DNA of 64,000 bases from the human T2T-CHM13v2.0 reference genome, Homo sapiens: NCBI RefSeq assembly GCF_009914755.1, contig NC_060941.1; one strand, written 5' to 3'. Every line of letters begins with the position of its first letter. The first letter of the stretch is position 1. The translations under genes and the position numbers were made by a program. Shown here in pieces: positions 56,188 to 64,000 of this stretch. The notes beneath the pieces are model-generated. The model searched no databases and was not told where the DNA came from. It worked only from the letters and a program-made list of their open reading frames with translations.

Positions 56188-57005
56188 CAGCAGATCTTCA
56201 AATAACATCATTTTGTTCAACATCATTTTATTTTGTTATAATGATAATAAGTTTTGTGCATTCTCCCCATGTCTGTGTGGGTTTTCTCTAGGTATTCCAG
56301 TTCTTCCCACACCCCAAAGATGTGCACACTAGGAGAGCTGGTGTGTCTCCATGGTCTCACTGTGAGTGTGGGTGTGTGTGAAATGTGCCCTGCAATGGAA
56401 AAGAGTCCTGTCCAGGATTGGTTCCCACCTTGCACCCTAAGCTGCCGGGATAGGCTCCAGCCACCTGCAACCCTGAGCTGGAGTAAGTGGATTGAAAAAT
56501 AAATGAATTATTAGTAAAGTATTTTAAAATAACAATTCATAAACTATATGACAATCATAAAAATACATGACCACAAATAATGTGGTACAAAAGTGCTCAT
56601 CAAGCCTGCCATGTTTGCTACTGTTTGTTTTTGAATTGAGTGGTGGTAGGAGGTGCTCCTCAGAATTTTCAGTTTACAAGCATTTATTCCTTGATTTAAC
56701 CCACCACCACTATGACCACTGTCATTGATGATTCCTCAAAATTGAGTAAATAATTATCTTACTTGTTTTAATCTTTCTTAAATGTATGTATATCTTACAT
56801 TTATTTCAATGTTTAATATTATAAGTATTTTGAGCCTATATTTAGAAGTTTGGTGATATTGTTGTGACCAGAAATATGTCACAAAAAACTTAACTCTTGT
56901 GTTTATCAATTAGCCTATAGGAAAAGTGGTTTTGTTATACATCACTTTACTCAAAAAGCCACAGTTTCCAAGAACCTACCACTGACGTTTAGTGAAGACT
57001 TACTA
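56188..57005 (+). mobile_element. MER6 (TcMar-Tigger family) non-autonomous DNA transposon
   Basis: Starts ta|cagcagatcttcaaataacatcattttgttcaac and ends gtttccaagaacctacc...gtttagtgaagacttacta|ta; TA target duplication. Confidence 0.8.
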
Positions 57006-57856
57006 TACTTTTAATCTATCCGTGTCCTTCTATGAAAGTGGGTTTCTTGTAGATGACATATAGTTGGGTATTGTTTTCTATCTACTCTGACAATCTGTCT
57101 TTTGATTGATGTATTTACACCATTGACATTTCAGGGATTATTAACATAATTGGGTTAATAGCTGCTATATTGTTTACTGCTTTCTATTTGTTGCCCTTGA
57201 TCTTTGTTTCTAATTTTGTCACACGTTTTCTACCTTTTATGGTTTTAGTTGAACATTTTGTATTCTTTCATTTTCTCTCCATTCTGAGCATATCAACTGT
57301 ACTTCTTTAAAAATTTTTTTGTGTGGTTTCCCTTGAGTTTGCAATATACATTATACAATAATCTGTAAGTCTACTTTCAAATAACACTATACAGTTTCAT
57401 GGGTGGTGCAAATATCTTATAATAACAAAATATTTCTAATTCTTAACCCTTTCTTCCTGTATCATGACTGTCATTCACTTCATTTATATGTGAGCATATA
57501 GATGCACACATAATTCAGTTCATTGTCGCTATTATTTTGCACTGTTTTCTGTTTGCTAAATTAAAAAAAAGACAAAGTTTTTATTTTACTTCATTTATTC
57601 ATGTTCCAGTGCTCTCCCTTACTTTATGTAGCTTCAAGTTTCTGACCTACATTATTTTCCTTCTCCTTAAATAATTTCTTCTAATATTTGTTGTAAGGAA
57701 GTCTATTGGCAAAAAATTCCCTCAATTTTTATTTGTTTGAGACTTTATTTTTCCTTCACTTTTAAAGGATAATTTCGCAGGGTACTGAATTCTAGTTTGG
57801 TGTTTTTTTCTCTCAGCACTTTAAATATTTCACTCCACTCTCTTCTTGCTTATACA

Positions 57857-57857
57857 G

Positions 57858-57900
<43 letters not shown>

Positions 57901-58026
57901 TCCTTCCTTCCTTCCTTCCTTCCTTCCTTCCTTCCTTCCTTCCTTCCTTCCTTCCTTCCCTCCCTCCCTCCCTCCCTCCCTCCCTCTCTCCCTCTCTCTC
58001 TCTCTCTTTTCTTTTTCTTTCTTTTT
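57857..58026 (+). repeat. Compound microsatellite (GCCT)n(CCTT)n(CCCT)n(CT)n(CTTT)n at an Alu tail
   Basis: Read directly; ordered blocks of tetranucleotides. Confidence 0.95.
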
Positions 58027-58299
58027 GAAAGCCTGTTGCACAGGCTGGAGTGCAGTGGTGCACCCACAGCTCATCACAGCCTAGACCTCCCTGGGCTCAG
58101 GTGATCCTCCCACCTCAGCCTCCCAAGTAGCTGGGACTACAAGTGCTCACCACCACACCTGGCTAATTTTTGTGTTTTTTGTAGAGATAGAGTCCTGTCA
58201 TGTTACCCTGGCTGATATTGAACTCCTGGGCTTAAGCATCCCACTTGCCTCAGCTTCCCAAAGTGTTGGGATTGTAGGCATGAGTCACCATGCCCAGCT
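58027..58299 (-). mobile_element. AluJ
   Basis: caggctggagtgcagtggtgcacccacagctcatcacagcctagacctccctgggctcaggtgatcctccc...gagtcaccatgcccagc. Confidence 0.88.
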
Positions 58300-59049
58300 G
58301 CTTACACAATTTCTGAGGAGAAGTCAGATGTGATTCTTATCCGTGCTCCTCCACAGGTAAGGTGATTGTTTCCCTCTGTCTTTTTTTCAAGACTTTATCT
58401 TTGACTCTAAAGTTTGAATGTGGTACACCTAGGTGGTGTTTTTGGTTGTTTGGAGTTTTTTTTTTTGGCATTTATTCTGCTTAATCTTCTCAAAGCTTTC
58501 TGGATTTATGGTTTGGTGTCTGACATTAATTTGGAAAAATTCTTGGTCATTATTGCTTCAAATTTCTTTCTTCTCCTTCTTGTATTCCCATCACACATAT
58601 GCTACACCTTTTGTAGTTGTCCCAGAGTTATTGAATATTCTGTTTTTTTTTTTTCCTTTTTCTCCTTGCTTTTCGGTTTGGGAAGTTTCTATTGTCATAT
58701 CCTTAAGCTAAGAATCATTTCCACAGCCATGTATGTCTAGTCAGCTAACGAACCCATCAAAGGCATCCTTCATATCTGTTCTAGTGGTTTTGATCTCTAG
58801 CATTTCTTCTTTATTCTTTCTCAGAATTTTCCACATCTCTGCTTACATTACCCATCTGTTCTTGTCATTCCTGATCTGATAATTTCAACATTCCTGCCAT
58901 ATCTGACTCTGGTTCTGATGCTATTCCGTCTTTTCAAGCTATGTCTTTTGTCTTTTAGTATGCCTTGTAATTTTTTGTTGAAAGGCAGACATAATGTACT
59001 GGGCAAAAGAAACTGCAGTAAATGGCCCTTTAGAAATGTAGTGATCCAA

Positions 59050-59344
<295 letters not shown>

Positions 59345-60515
59345 GAAATGTGTTGGTCCAACATGGGGCCAGGAGAGGCATTCTCTAGTTCTCTGAACAG
59401 GTCTCAGCCTTTTGAACCTGTGTCCTGGACTGTGAACTTCACTAATGCTTTTCAGTTTCTATCCCCCTTAAAGGTTGGACAGGATGACTAGAAGGGCCTG
59501 GGGTTCGGTATTTCCCTTCTCCCAGGTGGTCTGGGCTCTGATAAAACCTCAACAGGCAAGGCTGATTGAATAGTTTCTGTTGGGGGCAGCCTTGTTAAGA
59601 ACAGAAGGCTCTGGCAGACTTTAAAATGACTCCTTTCCCCCTCCCCCGGCTGAGAGCATGAGGGGATTTCTCTCTGATATTCACTGTGAGGACCTGGTAG
59701 GGCTCCTGGAGATAAAATCCACAAAGGCGTGTTTCCCATAACTGGGTCCCCTCGAGTTTTTAACTCTCAAAGTTGTCCACACTGAACCGCAATTCATCAA
59801 CTTCATCCAGGTTTTCTTATGCCGGCACTGGTTCCAGTGGAGGTTTCTGCTCTTGGGAAGCTGTGATTCTCTGTATCTGTCAGTGTTTCTCTTCAATTTG
59901 CCGGGGGGCAGCAGTTTGTCCTGTGACCTAATTTCTCTGAAAGATTTAAGAAGAGTTGATTTTTCAATTTTTTCCAGCTGTTTACTTGTTAGGACAGAGT
60001 GACAACTTCTAAGTTCTACATGTATTTTTAATTTTGTGCATTAGATTTTTGATTTCTAAAAATCTTAATTGGCTGTTTAACAAATCTATCTGTCATTTTC
60101 ATAGTTTTCTGTTACTTGCAGGTATTTTCAAGTTGATCTTTTACTTCTTTAAACATAATGATAACTAAAAATAATATGTGTCTGATAATTCCATTTTTTA
60201 AGTCTTTGTGGATTTTTGCTTACTATTTTTTCTGCCAGTTCTAACTCATGGTGCCTTGTGTCTTTGTATATGTAGTTATTTTTCACTGTGAGCTGCTCAT
60301 GTTGCTTATACAATTATTGGGGGAAATTCTTTGAGTTTGAGATGAATGTGCATCCCTTCACAGACTGTATTTGCTTTTCCCAAGCTCCTGTAGCCCCATC
60401 AATCTGAAATCTTTTTAAACTAATTCCACAGCCTAAAGATTTTTGGACTCCCAAGGAACAGAGTCTCTGTGCTTGGAGGCGGCCCGGGCAGCCTGGCTTG
60501 TCCAGATGGAGCTCA

Positions 60516-60633
60516 CGGCCGGGGCCTCGCCTGTGACTCGGTGTGGGCGGGGCCTCGCCTGTGACTCGGTGTGGCCCGGGGCCTCGCCTGGGACTCGGTG
60601 TGGGCCGGGGCCTCGCCTGGGACTTGGTGTGGG
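60516..60633 (+). repeat. 28-29-bp minisatellite, about 4 copies
   Basis: ggggcctcgcctg(t/g)gactcggtgtgg at 60521, 60549, 60578 and 60607. Confidence 0.9.
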
Positions 60634-61099
60634 CAGTGGCCAGGATGTGACCATGGTGAGACCAGGCCTTGCCAGAGCGTGGACTTGGCAGACACGGCTC
60701 CTCCCTTGTGTGCGGTGGGAGCTTTTGGTGCGTTCCTTACGTTGGAGCCGGCATGGAGAAGCAGGGCGGTCCCTGGGGACCAGCTCCTCATTTGCACCCC
60801 TCTTTTTAATTAAGTACATTGTTTATTTTTGGTACCTACTTGTAGCCTAGTTTAGGGCCCACCGCATATTCTAAAGTGATGCACCCAATGGTGTCCAGAG
60901 ACAGACTAGCCTGGAGTTGGATGGGGGGCCAGTCTGGGGATGCAAAGGTCTAGAGAAGCCCAGGCCAAGGGCAGGCAGAGCAGGGTGGGAGTGGGAGCAG
61001 GAGGGGATGCTGGGGGCAGTGGCAGCACATGTGTCCCAAACCACTGCCTCCTAGGTGGGGTGGGACGGGCCCCAACACACCACCTGGCTGTGCCCCGTG

Positions 61100-62570
61100 T
61101 GGGGGTCAGGGGTGCAGCGAGGAGGGCTGGGTGAGCAGTGGGGTCAGCAGTGCGGCGAGGAGGGCTGGGTGAGCAGTGGGGTCAGCAGTGTGGCGAGGAG
61201 GGCTGGGTGAGCAGTGGGGTGAGGGGTGCGGCGAGGAGGGCTGGGTGAGCAGTGGGGTGAGGGGTGCGGCGAGGAGGGCTGGGTGAGCAGTGGGGTCGGG
61301 TGCGGCGAGGAGGGCTGGGTCAGCAGTGGGGTCAGCAGTGTGGTGAGGAGGGCTGGGTGAGCAGTGGGGTCAGCAGTGCGGCGAGGAGGGCTGGGTGAGC
61401 AGTGGGGTCAGCAGTGTGGCGAGGAGGGCTGGGTGAGCAGTGGGGTCAGCAGTGTGGCGAGGAGGGCTGGGTGAGCAGTGGGGTCGGGTGCGGCGAGGAG
61501 GGCTGGGTCAGCAGTGGGGTCAGCAGTGCGGCGAGGAGGGCTGGGTGAGCAGTGGGGTGAGGGGTGCGGCGAGGAGGGCTGGGTCAGCAGTGGGGTGAGG
61601 GGTGCGGCGAGGAGGGCTGGGTGAGCAGTGGGGTCGGGTGCGGCGAGGAGGGCTGGGTGAGCAGTGGGGTGAGGGGTGCGGCGAGGAGGGCTGGGTGAGC
61701 AGTGGGGTCAGCAGTGCGGCGAGGAGGGCTGGGTGAGCAGTGGGGTGAGGGGTGCGGCGAGGAGGGCTGGGTGAGCAGTGTGGTCAGCAGTGTGGCGAGG
61801 AGGGCTGGGTGAGCAGTGGGGTGAGGGGTGCGGCGAGGAGGGCTGGGTGAGCAGTGGGGTCGGGTGCGGCGAGGAGGGCTGGGTGAGCAGTGGGGTCAGC
61901 AGTGCGGCGAGGAGGGCTGGGTGAGCAGTGGGGTGAGGGGTGCGGCGAGGAGGGCTGGGTCAGCAGTGGGGTGAGGGGTGCGGCGAGGAGGGCTGGGTCA
62001 GCAGTGGGGTCAGCAGTGCGGCGAGGAGGGCTGGGTCAGCAGTGGGGTCAGGGGTGCGGCGAGGAGGGCTGGGTCAGCAGTGGGGTCAGCAGTGTGGCGA
62101 GGAGGGCTGGGTGAGCAGTGGGGTGAGGGGTGCGGCGAGGAGGGCTGGGTGAGCAGTGGGGTCGGGGTGCGGCGAGGAGGGCTGGGTCAGCAGTGGGGTC
62201 AGCAGTGCGGCGAGGAGGGCTGGGTGAGCAGTGGGGTGAGGGGTGCGGCGAGGAGGGCTGGGTCAGCAGTGGGGTGAGGGGTGCGGCGAGGAGGGCTGGG
62301 TGAGCAGTGGGGTCAGCAGTGTGGCGAGGAGGGCTGGGTGAGCAGTGGGGTGAGGGGTGTGGTGAGGAGGGCTGGGTCAGCAGTGGGGTGAGGGGTGCGG
62401 CGAGGAGGGCTGGGTGAGCAGTGGGGTCGGGGTGCGGCGAGGAGGGCTGGGTCAGCAGTGGGGTCAGCAGTGTGGTGAGGAGGGCTGGGCGAGCAGTGGG
62501 GTCGGGTGCGGCGAGGAGGGCTGGGTCAGCAGTGGGGTCGGGGTGCAGCGAGGAGGGCTGGGTGAGCAGT
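61100..62570 (+). repeat. 36-38-bp G-rich VNTR, about 39 copies, G4-prone
   Basis: Unit gtgcggcgaggagggctgggtgagcagtggggtcagca with variants ...ggggtgagggg and ...ggggtcgg. Confidence 0.97.
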
Positions 62571-64000
62571 GTTGGCCTCTTCCCCGCTCTGCCCAGTACC
62601 TAGAGTGCTGCCACGTCTGGTGAAGGACTCAGTAAATACTTGGTGAAGGATCAGATGAAGAAGGAAAAGTTGTCAGTGCTGAGGCAGGAGAAGCCAACCT
62701 CAGCATCTGAGCCTGAGTGGTGGTGGGGCAGGGTCCTGCCCAGAGAAAGGTGATCCCCTTCCCGAGGGGAGGGCTGGCACGGTGCTCAGGAGCAAGGGCT
62801 GCAGGCCCACAGGACCTTTGTTCATCTGACCTGTGTCCCCATGCCAGGCTCTGTCCCAAGCGGGCTGAGGCAGATGGCCTAGGCAGCCGTCGGTGAACCC
62901 TCCCTGGCTCCAGAGCCTGTGCAGGCCCCGTGGGGGTCAGGCTGCTGTGGGGGGCTTGAGGACCCTCACTTTTGGCCCCTGGAGGCCCCGACGAGGCGGC
63001 CCTTGAGGTTCAACTGGACAGTATTCCCCTGACCCCTGAGCAGAGTGTGGCATCAAGACCCCGACAGTGAGGCCAGTCCCAGGCCGGGATTCGGTGCCCT
63101 CCTTTAACGTGTGTGCGAGTGCCCACAGGCCTCACTCAGCCTAGAGGAAGGTGGGCTTGCGAGCTGGGGCCTGTCTCATGCTTTGCCTCCGTGGCATTGG
63201 CTGCGCCTCACTCCTGCACTGTGGCTTCCATGTGTTGAAAGGCGAGTTCCATAGGTGAGAACAGCTCCCTCCCAGCACACCACCGGCCTTTGCTCGTGTA
63301 CAGTATTTACCCAATGCCGGTGAACACGAGCAGCCTCCATATTCTTGCACCAAGGCTGGAGAAGGACCCAGCCTGCAACACAGCTCATGAGGCATCAGGG
63401 GCCAAGCACCTACCGTCTTGATGACTGGGGGATGGTGCCCAGGTCTGTCTGCCCCCACTGTCCAGTGGATGGTGTGGGAAGGCATTGCAGGCTGGCTGAG
63501 CAGGTTACATAACAGTGCACACATGGGTTTACTTTACTTGAAACCCTAAACCCTCTGCAAACAGCCCCCTCCCTAATCCCTCCCTGTTGACTCTGTAGAT
63601 GAGCCCAGGGTGCTGAAAGATGCAGCTGCATGCCTCTGCAGCCAGGCCCAGGGCCTGCAACATCCTTCAGCCAAACGTGGGTCCCTGGGGAGCCTCTGTG
63701 GCCTCGCCGGTTTCGATGAAGGCCAGAGGACTGGCTGCACGGGTTGCCTCAGCTCTGCCTGCCTCTCTGTTCGTGCCTCTCTCCTACCTGGCGGGGGTGT
63801 CTCTGTTGGCCTCAGAGATGTCGCTGGTGCTCACCCTGGTCACACTGACCACTGGGCATCCTCCCACCCCCTGGGCCACTTCTGTCTCTGCACTTGGCTT
63901 CCCTGCCCACGGCGTGCCACCCAAACAAAGCCCACAGAGAGGCTGGCGCCCTCCTCAGCCAGATGCCTGCATTTAATAGAAGATGCAGAGACACAATCTA

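Noticed and set aside
63541-63581. Telomere-like aaaccctaaaccct...ccctaatccct
   Set aside because: Only about two imperfect units and not a TTAGGG array; consistent with chance.

Overview
Primate (most likely human) non-coding genomic DNA with the look of a distal or subtelomeric chromosome band. I cannot name the locus from the sequence alone, and I find no supportable protein-coding gene, RNA gene or CRISPR array. GC-rich unique DNA (about 1-26 kb, 37-45 kb and 60-64 kb) alternates with AT-rich blocks of old LINE-1 (about 29.5-37 kb and 45-60 kb). Interspersed repeats include about 14 Alu/FLAM copies, MaLR solo LTRs (MLT1, MST, THE1), MER6 and HSMAR2 DNA transposons, and MIR/L2 relics; subfamily calls are from remembered consensus features, not a database search. 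The striking feature is a dense set of about 11 minisatellites (units of 11, 12, 40, 42, 19-21, 52, 32/44, about 137, about 47, 28-29 and 38 bp; roughly 9 kb, about 14% of the window). Two appear to have been born inside transposon relics: the L1 3'UTR G-tract and an MLT1F LTR. Three long G-quadruplex-prone arrays are co-oriented on the + strand. A CpG-dense 52-bp VNTR is almost stop-free in all three + frames. There is also a near-perfect 124-bp tandem duplication, an orphan CpG island near 41-42 kb, and L1 relics strongly shifted toward GC. All long ORFs in the track are explained by tandem repeats or L1/Alu remnants. I see no evidence for a new gene system; the interesting biology here is repeat birth and evolution.
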